64,000 nt of DNA from a virus (lineage: Duplodnaviria; Caudoviricetes): positions 12,973 to 76,972 of IMG/VR virus record IMGVR_UViG_2814123268_000002, one strand, 5' to 3'. The translations under genes and the position numbers were made by a program. Under the pieces are notes generated by a model that made no database searches, was not told the origin of the DNA, and worked only from the letters and a program-made list of their open reading frames with translations. Each line of letters begins with the position of its first letter. Positions within the stretch are counted from its first letter, which is position 1. This document shows positions 1-10,068 of the stretch, one piece after another.

Positions 1-528
1 TGTCCCCTGCACCAAAATACGGCAACGGAGCTCCGCACAGAACTGCTGTGGCGTGAGGGCCCCCCCTCTCGCCGGACGCCTGCGGCCACGGCCGACGGCG
101 GTAACGTCGCCGAGCGACGGGCCCGTATTCAGCAACGTATTCCGGCGGCACAGCTGGAGATCACCCCGGAGGAGATCGACCTGCTGGCGCGCGGCTGCGT
201 GGTCCGCCTGGAGGATGGCCGTACCTACCGCGCCAGCCGCATCACGGGCGAACTGCTGCCGGTGACACACCCGCCACCGCTCAAGCGTATACCGGGACGT
301 ATCAGAGAGCAGCGCTGGCGCGCCAACCGCCGGGATCCCCGCACGCTGGCCCGGCAGTGCATCGAGCAATGGAAAGTCAAGCAGGCAGAACTGCAGGCGT
401 TGTCCACCCGGCAGGCAGAAGCAAGCTCCGAGACCCCGGATCCTGCCGAGCACACGACCACCGCCGAGCGGGCGGCCTCGCTTATTGAAAGGATGAAAAG
501 GGCAACGCGGGGAAATGGCAACGGTTAG
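1..528 (+). CDS. Replication endonuclease (P2 gpA-like), C-terminal part, 5' end outside window
   Basis: Frame is open from base 1 (CPLHQ...EIDLLARGCVVRLEDGRTY), resembles the gpA C-terminus; sits upstream of cargo and portal. Confidence 0.65.
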   Translation, partial: CPLHQNTATELRTELLWREGPPSRRTPAATADGGNVAERRARIQQRIPAAQLEITPEEIDLLARGCVVRLEDGRTYRASRITGELLPVTHPPPLKRIPGRIREQRWRANRRDPRTLARQCIEQWKVKQAELQALSTRQAEASSETPDPAEHTTTAERAASLIERMKRATRGNGNG

Positions 529-866
529 TGACTACCGTGATACGGTACGATTCAATATCGAGCTTGTATCGATGACTGCCCCGTTGAGCAAAAAGCACAT
601 AGACACGACGCATCCCTTACAATAGCCACTAGCTATTGATGATGTAGAGGTTGAAAGATAAGTCTTCTGTTAATAAATGTAAAATCAGCTAAAGCAAAAA
701 CTTCCCTATGAAATACATCATTTTGAATAAAAAGCTAGTAAAGCCATTCATGCGATAATCACATAAACTAAGCGCCATCAAAACCGACCAATTAATATCC
801 AAACTATTTAACCAGAGGATGCTAACTACATAGGCTAGCCAAAACAAACAGCCAGCCTATCAACTA

Positions 867-1523
867 CTATTGTCCCTTAACTCTAAAAATAGAGTCAGCC
901 AACCTAGTACCGGTTGATACAAGTTTAGATAACACTCGCAATTGTTCTTTACACGCGAAATTCTCAGTTGGGTGAGGGTAATTTATTGTATGATCAATCT
1001 CACCCCAAATTTCCTCAAAAAGAGTTCTCACCTGAATCTCACAACAAATATTTGAATCAGTCTTTGGCTTAATAACATAATGAATGCTTGTATAATAAGA
1101 CTCTTTGATTTTTGGCGTAAGACCTAACGACGTAAAGAAGTCACAACTTTCAGGATCCCATGAATACGCGATAGGACTTTCTCTGTAAAACCAATCACCA
1201 TCATCTACTTTTTTCTGTATTAATTCATGAATATTTTTTAGTTGATCTTGATAAAGATGTAATATGCGAACACCAGCAAGATCAGTTACCCGATAAAATA
1301 CATTCTCCTCAGAGATCGGGGCGTCACTGCTATTTTTTCTCTCAATCTTATCTCTTAAATGGTCAACATCCTTCAACCTGCTTTTTATAGTATGAATGAC
1401 AGGGTGATGATAATCATTTAAACTAGGGTCTAGTCTAAAAGTATCAACAACACCATTCATAAAATGTTCAAAAAGATGTCGATTTGAAACATACTTATTT
1501 AATATAGTGTCTACATTTTCCAT
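867..1523 (-). CDS. RelA/SpoT-domain small alarmone synthetase (SAS)
   Basis: SRLKDVDHLRDKIERK, DLAGVRI, YTSIHY, EIQVRTLFEEIWGEIDHTINY synthetase motifs; no hydrolase domain; AT-rich. Confidence 0.9.
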   Translation of the reverse strand: MENVDTILNKYVSNRHLFEHFMNGVVDTFRLDPSLNDYHHPVIHTIKSRLKDVDHLRDKIERKNSSDAPISEENVFYRVTDLAGVRILHLYQDQLKNIHELIQKKVDDGDWFYRESPIAYSWDPESCDFFTSLGLTPKIKESYYTSIHYVIKPKTDSNICCEIQVRTLFEEIWGEIDHTINYPHPTENFACKEQLRVLSKLVSTGTRLADSIFRVKGQ

Positions 1524-1525
1524 AA

Positions 1526-2635
1526 TTAATTACCGAGCATAGATATTCTTGCAATCAAATCTTTGGTAAAAGCTTCATAGCTTTTCTTGGTGGCAATGTA
1601 TTTTGACTTTGACCCTCTCAAAGTATTTGCATGCTCGCTTTCTATATTAGGATATTCAGGAACTAACCACATAGGCAGATTATAATACTGTGCCATTGAA
1701 GGAAATGTATTATGACTATACATTACTGCTGTATTACCAATAGGTTCAGCTAGGACTGAATTGTCAATGCTACCTCTTATTGAACTAATAATAAACTGAT
1801 CAATTGTATTAGGGATACGCTCAGCATAATTTAAATGCGCTTGAGCCAGATCCCATTTTCTTTTTCCATTTTCATATTTTCTTGCATTATAGATTGTATA
1901 ACCTAAAAATCTCACAAAATTTTCAGGGAATGAATGTCTTTTCTCTGATGATATAAGTTGATAGACTGCATCGAATTCCCTCTTCCAAGAGGAAAGAGAT
2001 TTTCCAATATTTTTAATTCCATAAAGGCTAAATAAATCAGGTAGTGCAGGTATAAAAAATCCATCTACTGTAGATATGATTACTTTATTCAAGGATCCTA
2101 AGCTAGGAGACGTATCAATTATAATGTAATCATAACCATAACGTTCATTATATTCTTCAGCTAATTTTCTTATTCTGGAAATGGTTCTAATTGCAAGAGG
2201 CTCTCCTCGATATAAATCATTCCACCTACTAGCAATCTTCTCCTCATACAAATGCAGCGTTAGCCTCCCAGGAATAATATCAAGATTATCCCTCAAGTTA
2301 ACAGGAGGAGGCAAAATCTTATGATCACCAGTACCTTCTTGCGTCGGTTGTAATATATAATGAAGGCTTCTTGGTTCATTTGATATGATGTTAAAGTCTT
2401 CTGCTGATAATTTCTTTTTTGCCGAGTCAAAGCCTGAGTCTATAAAATCATTCTCTACCTCCCATAGCCTCTGTATTTTTTCTTGCTTTAAAGAATAAAT
2501 AGTTAAATTACACTGAGGATCAGCATCAATCATTAATACCCTATATCCCATCTCGCACATGCTTTGCGCAATATGAAAAGTGAGCGTTGTTTTACCAACA
2601 CCACCCTTATTATTAAAGACAGATATTATCTTCAT
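1526..2635 (-). CDS. ParA/Soj-family ATPase, long defence-island type
   Basis: Deviant Walker A NNKGGVGKTT, IDADPQCNLT, YDYIIIDTSPSLG; 2-bp gap to the SAS gene; AT-rich. Confidence 0.9.
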   Translation of the reverse strand: MKIISVFNNKGGVGKTTLTFHIAQSMCEMGYRVLMIDADPQCNLTIYSLKQEKIQRLWEVENDFIDSGFDSAKKKLSAEDFNIISNEPRSLHYILQPTQEGTGDHKILPPPVNLRDNLDIIPGRLTLHLYEEKIASRWNDLYRGEPLAIRTISRIRKLAEEYNERYGYDYIIIDTSPSLGSLNKVIISTVDGFFIPALPDLFSLYGIKNIGKSLSSWKREFDAVYQLISSEKRHSFPENFVRFLGYTIYNARKYENGKRKWDLAQAHLNYAERIPNTIDQFIISSIRGSIDNSVLAEPIGNTAVMYSHNTFPSMAQYYNLPMWLVPEYPNIESEHANTLRGSKSKYIATKKSYEAFTKDLIARISMLGN

Positions 2636-2982
2636 ACATCACCTTATTATATCAATGATTATTTTCATTTATAAAACAATATTAACGATCATAATTTATA
2701 ATGGAAATTATCAAAACATAAACATTGAAGTTATAAAAGCCAAGTTATAGCGATTAGCTTAGCCTCAAAGACACAGAATAATCAATAATATTATGCGTGC
2801 CAACTTGATCGAATTAATTTTGATTTAAAGTCAAGAACAGACCATGTAAAAATCTAACACAATCAACCGTTTTTACTAGTTAATAAAAAATCAGAAATGA
2901 CACAAAACACATATGTTCATTATGTGAGATGGAGAGACTCCAAGCCTCCACAAGTATAGCCTTCCCTCAGCCGAACAATCAC

Positions 2983-3252
2983 CTACCCCCCCTGCAGCAA
3001 CTCCAGCGCCATCTGCTTTTCCTCTGGCCCCAGTCGCTCGATCAGCAGCTTCAGGACACCGCTTTGCAACCCACTCGGCACCAGGGTATGGGAATAGGTC
3101 AGGTTCATCACCCAGGTATGGCCACACTCCAGGCGCGTACAGCGGTAGTAGGCATCGGCAAAATCATAGTTGTCGGTCTTCCAGACCGTCTTTTGGATAA
3201 TCGCCGGCGCCCCGCAGCAGCGGCATTTAATTTTTTGTCTGCGCATATCCAC
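2983..3252 (-). CDS. Ogr/Delta-like zinc-finger late transcription activator
   Basis: CxxC...YYRCTRLECGHTW motif. Confidence 0.85.
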   Translation of the reverse strand: MDMRRQKIKCRCCGAPAIIQKTVWKTDNYDFADAYYRCTRLECGHTWVMNLTYSHTLVPSGLQSGVLKLLIERLGPEEKQMALELLQGG

Positions 3253-3310
3253 CCCTGCACACCGTGGCTGTCATGGCGAAATTTTACCCATTTTTTAACC
3301 ATGCCGCGAT

Positions 3311-4366
3311 TCACTGTGCTATCTGGGCATCATCGTCAAACGTCAGGCTGAATGTCACCCGCCCAAGCCCCCCGATATCGGGAGCGGCATTGACCCCTTC
3401 CATAATCAGGCGGCGCAGCGGGATCACCTCATCCCGGTAGTACGCCTCGCGCGCCTTCAGCGGGTCACCCAGTCCGCCAGCATTGCTGGGGATGATACCG
3501 GCGAGGCCGGGCGGAAAGCGGTGGGCCGTCAGCTGATCCTGCGCGCTGACGTTCTTGATATTCAGAAACTCATCCTTGGTGCCGGAGTCTCCGATGGGGA
3601 TGACTTTTACCCCTTCCTTATCACCGCCGGGGATGTTGATAAACATCGACTTAAAGTTGCCGGCCCCCTTGGATGCCTCAATCTTCTTGCGAAACAGCCC
3701 CTCAAGCTGCGGATCCATATCCGGGTCGGTGCTGTAGAGGATATAGCCCAGGTGAGCGCCGTTCTTGTAGTAGCGCCGGCGAAAACGGGTGGCATCGACG
3801 TTAAGCATGGCGGACTCCATGCCGTGGAGGTAGTCGGGAACGCCGTAGACCTGCTGCTGGGGATCGTACTGCGCGACAAAAATCACCTCGCCGCCGCCAT
3901 AGGTGAGATCGTTGATACCGCCCTGCACGATGACCGTCCTGCGATCGGCGGTGCGGCGCAGATAGAGGGAGGGTAAAACGTGCAGCCGGTTGATGCGCCC
4001 CAGCCGATTACGCACCTTCAGCAGCCCCATATCCCCGAAGATAAGCAGGTTGGTGACCGCGGCCGCCATATCGCTGTGGGTCAGTCCCCCGCCCCCCTGA
4101 AACCCGGCCATGACCATATTGACGCGGGCGCGCAGCACTGCACCGTGGTAAGGGGCGATGTTGGCCAGCACGGCGAGATCCATCCGTTCAATCGGCGGCA
4201 GGTAATAACCGTCGTACCCGCTCCACAGCACGCCGTTATAGCTCCCCCAGGCCGCGACCGGCTCGGGATCGCCAAACTCGATAAAGCTCCCCGGCGAACG
4301 GTGCCGCATAGCGCGCTGTCCCAGCTTGCCGCCGCGCGCCTTAGGCGGCGTTTTTGTTTTCTTCAT
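3311..4366 (-). CDS. Phage portal protein (PBSX / P2 gpQ family)
   Basis: YDPQQQVYGVPDY, RRRYYKNGAHLGYI, DEFLNIKNVSAQDQLTAHRFPPGL; ATG 4366 overlaps terminase end. Confidence 0.92.
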   Translation of the reverse strand: MKKTKTPPKARGGKLGQRAMRHRSPGSFIEFGDPEPVAAWGSYNGVLWSGYDGYYLPPIERMDLAVLANIAPYHGAVLRARVNMVMAGFQGGGGLTHSDMAAAVTNLLIFGDMGLLKVRNRLGRINRLHVLPSLYLRRTADRRTVIVQGGINDLTYGGGEVIFVAQYDPQQQVYGVPDYLHGMESAMLNVDATRFRRRYYKNGAHLGYILYSTDPDMDPQLEGLFRKKIEASKGAGNFKSMFINIPGGDKEGVKVIPIGDSGTKDEFLNIKNVSAQDQLTAHRFPPGLAGIIPSNAGGLGDPLKAREAYYRDEVIPLRRLIMEGVNAAPDIGGLGRVTFSLTFDDDAQIAQ

Positions 4367-6146
4367 CACCAAAAATCCAGGTTGACCTGCGTTTGTTCCT
4401 ATAGCCGATGGGCTCATTGGCCAGGGCGTGAGCGATGGCAAAGAAGATATCGGCGTGTCCGGTTTCATCGGTACGGTCGGCGGTAAAGGTCACCGCATTG
4501 CCGGAGGCGGTCGCGCTCTGCTTTATCGCCAGGAACGACGCGGGGATATCTCTGGCGTCTTCATCCCACTCGATACGATTGCTGTCGATGACATCCAGCA
4601 TTTTCAGCACCAGGCGATTTTTTGACTCGACGCTGTAGTGAATGGCCTTGGCCTCACGCCGTGCAAACCCCTGCACCAGTTCATAGACGCCATAGCCGAT
4701 GCCGGTCACATCGATGCCGATATGGGTCATGTTGTAGCGCGATTTGATCGTCCGAATCTGGTCGGCCATCCACTGGAATGACAGGCCGCGCCAGTGGTGC
4801 TTTTCCAGCACCCGGAACCGCTCCACCGCCAGCAATGGGACGGCGATGACGACAAAGGTCGCATTATCTCCGCTGCGCGCCGGGTCAAACCCGCCCCACA
4901 CCTCACGATTACCCAGCGGCGCCGCCTCGTCGGGATGAAAGTCCTGCCAGATATGCGGATCAACGCCACACCGCACCAGTTTGGCGAAGTCGAATACGCT
5001 GTCTTTGTCATCCACAAAAACGCACATATACAGCCGGTTAAAGGCGTTTTCGCCGTAACGCTCGCGCAGCTCCTCAATATCTGCCCGGTTAAATCCGTCG
5101 GCGATGGCATCCTCCATCGTCACCACGTAGCGCCACTGCTTATCCGGGCATTCACGGCCACCGTCACGCAGTTCGTCGAATGCCGGGAACACCACGCTCT
5201 TGCGCTCGGCGTTGCCACGCCGCCATTCGTCACCGCTCCAAAACGCATAGCCCTGGTGGTTTTTGGCGGAGGGAGTGGAGAAATAGGTCAAGCGCCAATG
5301 GCTCTGGGTCGCCATCCCGGAGGCCACCTCATTAAAGGTGGTAAATTTCGAGATCCACAGATACTCATCGATATACAAATGGCCGGAGTTCGACTGTGCC
5401 GTATTGGAGTTGGTGGCCAGAAAATGCAGCTCGGCCATATTGCTCAGCCTGATCGGATTCCCTTTTAACTGAATGCCGAATTCAACCTGTGCGATTTTCA
5501 GGATATAGGTGCGAAAGACTTCGGCCTGGCGCCGGGAGGCCGACAGGAAGATTTGGTTATCCCCCGTCAGCACCGCATCTTCGAATGCCTCAAAGGCAAA
5601 ATAGTAGGTGGCGCCAATCTGGCGCGCCTTGAGCAAATTACGCACGCGGCGAAATTTATTGTCACGCAGATGCAGCTGATACTTGAACAGGTTATCCAGA
5701 AACGGCGTGAAGCTCTCGGCGGTCAACTCAGAAATATCATTCTGTTTACGCCGTCCCTTGCGCCTCCCTTCCCCCTCGGCCGCCTCAGCCTCCCCCGTAG
5801 CAGCGACATAGTCAGCCCCGGTAGCACGCCGCTGTGCAATCTCGGCCATCCGCTCCGCATGCTTATTCTTCTGCGCCATCAACTTAACGTGATGGCCAAT
5901 AAGCCGATCCAGCTCGTCACATTCCACGTCGCTCTTATGCTCGCGGGCAGCAAGCAGGGTCAGGCGCTGGGCGATGGCATCCTCGATGCAATCGGTACTG
6001 AGCTGTGCATACCATTCATATTTGGTCGCCCAGTAATACACCACTCGCGGGCTGCTTAGCTTTAATTTGCGCTGTATTTCCTTTGGCGTGTGCCGCTTTA
6101 AGTAGAGCGCCTTAGCCGCAGCGATCACTTCTTCAGAATAGGCCAT
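4341..6146 (-). CDS. Terminase large (ATPase) subunit, P2 gpP-like
   Basis: LKARQIGATYYFA, LYIDEYLW, GFDPARSGD, HADIFFA. Confidence 0.95.
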   Translation of the reverse strand: MAYSEEVIAAAKALYLKRHTPKEIQRKLKLSSPRVVYYWATKYEWYAQLSTDCIEDAIAQRLTLLAAREHKSDVECDELDRLIGHHVKLMAQKNKHAERMAEIAQRRATGADYVAATGEAEAAEGEGRRKGRRKQNDISELTAESFTPFLDNLFKYQLHLRDNKFRRVRNLLKARQIGATYYFAFEAFEDAVLTGDNQIFLSASRRQAEVFRTYILKIAQVEFGIQLKGNPIRLSNMAELHFLATNSNTAQSNSGHLYIDEYLWISKFTTFNEVASGMATQSHWRLTYFSTPSAKNHQGYAFWSGDEWRRGNAERKSVVFPAFDELRDGGRECPDKQWRYVVTMEDAIADGFNRADIEELRERYGENAFNRLYMCVFVDDKDSVFDFAKLVRCGVDPHIWQDFHPDEAAPLGNREVWGGFDPARSGDNATFVVIAVPLLAVERFRVLEKHHWRGLSFQWMADQIRTIKSRYNMTHIGIDVTGIGYGVYELVQGFARREAKAIHYSVESKNRLVLKMLDVIDSNRIEWDEDARDIPASFLAIKQSATASGNAVTFTADRTDETGHADIFFAIAHALANEPIGYRNKRRSTWIFGDEENKNAA

Positions 6147-6217
6147 TACCTATCACCGCGTTGATTGTGTTCCGTCAATTCTCTGTGGGAACCCACGCGG
6201 CGGCGAGAGCGGGAAAG

Positions 6218-6257
6218 CGGATAGTTTCGGATACCCCGCCATAGCCGAAACTATCCG
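6218..6257. promoter_or_regulatory. 13-bp perfect inverted repeat between divergent late operons, putative Ogr-type activator site
   Basis: CGGATAGTTTCGG (6218-6230) / CCGAAACTATCCG (6245-6257). Confidence 0.5.
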
Positions 6258-6333
6258 TAACGGCCTGCATGACACCCGCGATTTTCACCGGTTAAATTTG
6301 GCTACTCCTCTTTAATCAGGTCGGTATCTTGAT

Positions 6334-7233
6334 ATGGCGCGCTTAAAAACAGACTGGATAGCCATCGCGACCGCCGGACCCACCATTGACGGCCGCCAGA
6401 TTGAGGCGCAATGGCTCACCGACGCCGCCAAATGCTATAACCGGGATGAGTATACCGCCATGATCTGGCCCTATCACGAAAGCCCCTATTGGCGCGCATT
6501 CGGCACCAACTTTGGCGAAGTCGACGAGTTAAAGACCGAAACGCGCGACGGTAAAATACAGTTAATGGCCCGCCTCATTCCCAATCAGTTTCTCATTGAG
6601 GCCAACAGGAGCGGGCAGAAACTGTTTACCTCTGTCGAGATCGTCGAGGACTACCTCGGCAGCGGGAAATACTTTCTCAAAGGGCTGGCGGTGACCGATA
6701 CACCGGCCAGCATCGGCACCACCCGCCTGCAGTTCAGCCAGGACAATCCCGGCGCCCATCACGGCAACGTGGAAGCGCTGATCCTGACGCTGCCGGGTGA
6801 CGACGCGGACAGTGCTGCTGAACAACAGGCCAGGCGGGGATTCTTTTCCCGCCTGTTCTCCCAGGAAACACCCGCCCCCAACGAAACAGCAAAGGCGACC
6901 CCTATGGACGAGAAGCAATTTAACCAGGTGATGGACGCCATCAACCTCATCGGTACGCGTGTTGAGACGATGGAGAAATCCTTCGCTGATGCCAGTCCCT
7001 CCGCAGCCACGGCGCCCACGCCGCCGCAAGGCGCCACATCCGACCCGGCAGGTAATGATGGGGGCGAGGGTCACTTTGCGAGCCAGGAACAGCTCGAGCA
7101 ACTGGCGACGGCTATCGAGAGCCTGTCTAAAAAGATGGATGACATCAGCCAGACCTTCGCCGACCTGCAGGGCGATAACACCCCACTGCCGAACGGAAAC
7201 CCGTCCGGTGACGAATCCATCAATCTGGTCTGA
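6334..7233 (+). CDS. Capsid scaffolding protein (GPO family)
   Basis: WIAIATAGPTIDGRQI, YFLKGLAVTDTPASIGT. Confidence 0.92.
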   Translation: MARLKTDWIAIATAGPTIDGRQIEAQWLTDAAKCYNRDEYTAMIWPYHESPYWRAFGTNFGEVDELKTETRDGKIQLMARLIPNQFLIEANRSGQKLFTSVEIVEDYLGSGKYFLKGLAVTDTPASIGTTRLQFSQDNPGAHHGNVEALILTLPGDDADSAAEQQARRGFFSRLFSQETPAPNETAKATPMDEKQFNQVMDAINLIGTRVETMEKSFADASPSAATAPTPPQGATSDPAGNDGGEGHFASQEQLEQLATAIESLSKKMDDISQTFADLQGDNTPLPNGNPSGDESINLV

Positions 7234-7247
7234 GGCAAATAAACACC

Positions 7248-8333
7248 ATGAGTATGATCACCCCCGAAGCCCAGAAGCTGACGCAGCTGTTCATCGCGAA
7301 ATTCTCCGATACGTTTAACGACTGCGGGCGCTCTGGCGATATGCAGTTCACCCTGACCGAGCCGCGCGCCATCGCGCTGCGCAAGGCACTGCTGGAAAGT
7401 ACCGAGTTTTTACGCCTGATCAATTTGATGGATGTACCACACCCGCAGGGGCAGGTCGTCACCGTGGGTGAGTCCACCCTGCGCACCGGCCGTGTCAAGG
7501 ATGGGCGCTTCACTAAGGGCAGCGGCATCAGCGGCAACGAGTTCAGGCTGGTCGAGACAGACTCCTGCTGCGTCATCACCTGGGCGCAGCTGGCCATCTG
7601 GGCAAATGCCGGCACGCCGGGCGAGTTTTTCAACCTGATGAATTCGACGGCAGTGATCAATTTTGCACTCGATATGCTGCGTATCGGCTTTAACGGTACC
7701 CACGCCGCCGAGAACTCTAACCCCACTGACTACCCCAGCGGTGAAGACATCAACATCGGTTGGCATCAGATTGCCAGGAACTGGGGGGACAACGAGGGAC
7801 GGGTTTCACGCATTCTCACGACGCCCGTGACCGTGGGAGAAGGGGGCGACTATATCAGTCTGGATGCGATGGCGTCAGACCTGATCCACGCCTCCATCCC
7901 GCCGCAGTACCACAACGACCCACGCCTGGTTGTCCTGGTCGGCGCTGATCTGATCGCCGCAGAAAGCCTACGCCTGTTCAACAAAGAGGATAAACCCTCT
8001 GAACAGGTTGCCGCGCGTCAGCTGGGTAAGGACATCGCCGGGCGCCGCGCCATCGTACCGCCGTTTATGCCCGGCAAGCGTATGGTCATTACCATGCTGC
8101 CCAATCTGCAGATCCTGACGCTGAAAGGCTCACGCCGCCGCAAGGCCGAGGATGCCGGCGAGCGCAAGCAGTTTGAAAACTCTTACTGGCGCTATGAGGG
8201 CTACGCCCTGGGTGATCCCGACCTGTACGCCGCGGTCGATGAGAGCGCAATCACTATCGCCGGTGAGAAGCCAACCAGCGAGGCAGCCCATGATAACTCC
8301 AATGCAGCGCCAGAGGGCACAGCAGCAGAATAA
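7248..8333 (+). CDS. Major capsid protein, P2 family
   Basis: FALDMLRIGFNG, DINIGWHQ, PPFMPGKRMVIT. Confidence 0.92.
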   Translation: MSMITPEAQKLTQLFIAKFSDTFNDCGRSGDMQFTLTEPRAIALRKALLESTEFLRLINLMDVPHPQGQVVTVGESTLRTGRVKDGRFTKGSGISGNEFRLVETDSCCVITWAQLAIWANAGTPGEFFNLMNSTAVINFALDMLRIGFNGTHAAENSNPTDYPSGEDINIGWHQIARNWGDNEGRVSRILTTPVTVGEGGDYISLDAMASDLIHASIPPQYHNDPRLVVLVGADLIAAESLRLFNKEDKPSEQVAARQLGKDIAGRRAIVPPFMPGKRMVITMLPNLQILTLKGSRRRKAEDAGERKQFENSYWRYEGYALGDPDLYAAVDESAITIAGEKPTSEAAHDNSNAAPEGTAAE

Positions 8334-8991
8334 GCTGCGCGCCGAACGCCTGGGGCATCCCGCAGCCGGGGCCACCGGGGAGAGCCAGCACATCAAGATG
8401 CTGGCGCTGGATAACGACGTGGCGCGACTGCGCGGCATCGAGCGCGTCGTTGACAAGGTGGAGATGAAGCGCAGCGAGCTACTGCCAAAATGGCTCCCAC
8501 ACGCCCAGGCCTATCTGGAGGGCGGACGCGTCTACCAAAACCCGATACTGGTCTACTGCATCATCTGGCTACTGGATACGCAGCAGTTTGAGCAGGCGCT
8601 GGACTGGGCGGATATTGCCATCCCCCAGGGCCAGGAGACGCCGGGCAACATCAAGTCGAAGCTGCCGACATTTGTTGCCAGCAACATCCTGGAATGGGCG
8701 GAGCGGGAGGCTGAGGCCGGGCACAGCGTGCAGCCCTACTTCTCCCGGGTGTTCGACCGGGTCAGGCATCAGTGGCAAATCAACGAGCGTCTGGGTGCGC
8801 GTTACCACAAATTTGCCGCCCTGCTGCTGCTGCGCAGCGGCGGGAGCGAGCAGCCCAGCGCTATCAGCTCTGTTGAGTTGCTGGAGCAGGCCGACGCCCT
8901 GCTGGAAAAGGCGGCACTACTGCATCCTAAAGTACAGGTGAAGACCCTGCGCCAGCGCATTGCCATGCGATTGCGGGCGCTGGAAGGTTAG
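8290..8991 (+). CDS. Terminase small (endonuclease) subunit, gpM-like
   Basis: MITPMQRQ start, KRSELLPKWLP, IIWLLD; follows capsid gene. Confidence 0.85.
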   Translation: MITPMQRQRAQQQNKLRAERLGHPAAGATGESQHIKMLALDNDVARLRGIERVVDKVEMKRSELLPKWLPHAQAYLEGGRVYQNPILVYCIIWLLDTQQFEQALDWADIAIPQGQETPGNIKSKLPTFVASNILEWAEREAEAGHSVQPYFSRVFDRVRHQWQINERLGARYHKFAALLLLRSGGSEQPSAISSVELLEQADALLEKAALLHPKVQVKTLRQRIAMRLRALEG

Positions 8992-9096
8992 TAAAACGAC
9001 TACCACAGGCCAAAGCGGGCGCGGTGGAGGGACACAGGCCAATCGGCCGGCGTGTACCGCGGAAACCGGTCTGCCCGCTTTTTTTAGGATTACGCC

Positions 9097-9579
9097 ATGT
9101 TTGACGGTAAAAGCATCGACTATCAGCAGACAACCCTCCAGAACGATGGATTCTGGCCGGACATTGACGCGGGTGATTTTGAGCGCGCCCGCACTATTCC
9201 GCCCGTCATCGATCACGGCGTGGTGATCAACGCCCTGCTGACGGCGATCGCCGAGTTGAACATGAGCCTGACCGCCACCCAGACACGCTATCGGGAGGCC
9301 GGATACAACACCGCTGATGCCGTGCCCGGCCCCGCCGCCATCGATGCCGTGCGGCGCGATGGGGCACCGCGCCGCACGCATCTGACGGCGCTGTATATCA
9401 AGGCGCTCTATGCCCGCGCAAAGGCCGACCTGCTGCCCGAGTTCGCCACCATTGGACGGCGCGACGCGCACCCCGGGCAGGAGGCGCCGGACGTACGCCG
9501 GGGACTGCTGGCTGAGTCTGCCATGGCACTGCGCGCCATCATGCAGCGCCCGCGCTGCTCTGTCAGCCTGATCGATTGA
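9097..9579 (+). CDS. Head completion/stabilization protein (gpL-like)
   Basis: NDGFWPDID, ALYARAKADLL. Confidence 0.85.
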   Translation: MFDGKSIDYQQTTLQNDGFWPDIDAGDFERARTIPPVIDHGVVINALLTAIAELNMSLTATQTRYREAGYNTADAVPGPAAIDAVRRDGAPRRTHLTALYIKALYARAKADLLPEFATIGRRDAHPGQEAPDVRRGLLAESAMALRAIMQRPRCSVSLID

Positions 9580-9588
9580 GGATACGCC

Positions 9589-10068
9589 ATGACGCAGCTG
9601 TCGGAACTGACCGCCTATATCCAGCACCACCTGCCGCCGCGGGCGAACACCCGCTTTTACAGCGAGATGGACAACATCACGCTACGCCGCGCCGCCAAGA
9701 GCCTGGGCAATGGCTGTCGGCGCATCCAGGTGCGCCAGTATGACGCGGTGCTGACGTGGGAGGCATGGCCCTACCGGCTGGCCAACCCCGACCTGCTTTT
9801 CGCCATCATCGACAGCTGGCTGACCACTCACGCCAACGGACTGCGCGATGAGCTGGAGCTGGCCGGACCGGGCATCGATGTGGATGTCGACGATCAGGGG
9901 AGTGCCTGGCTACAAATCACCCTTCCCCTGGCCGACCCGATTACGCTGGTCGAGGATATGCGCGGGGAGATCCCCTACGGCAACCAGCGCTATCGGCTGG
10001 ACGCGGCAGATATCTGGGTCGCAGAGCACTGCACCATCCATCCGGGCGCTGACGATGATCAGGGGTGA
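9589..10068 (+). CDS. Tail completion protein (gpR-like)
   Basis: Position and size as in HP1-like phages. Confidence 0.65.
   Translation: MTQLSELTAYIQHHLPPRANTRFYSEMDNITLRRAAKSLGNGCRRIQVRQYDAVLTWEAWPYRLANPDLLFAIIDSWLTTHANGLRDELELAGPGIDVDVDDQGSAWLQITLPLADPITLVEDMRGEIPYGNQRYRLDAADIWVAEHCTIHPGADDDQG

Noticed and set aside
1526-2635. ParA as a plasmid-prophage partition system
   Set aside because: No ParB or parS array; the element is integrated at a tRNA; the gene is coupled to a SAS
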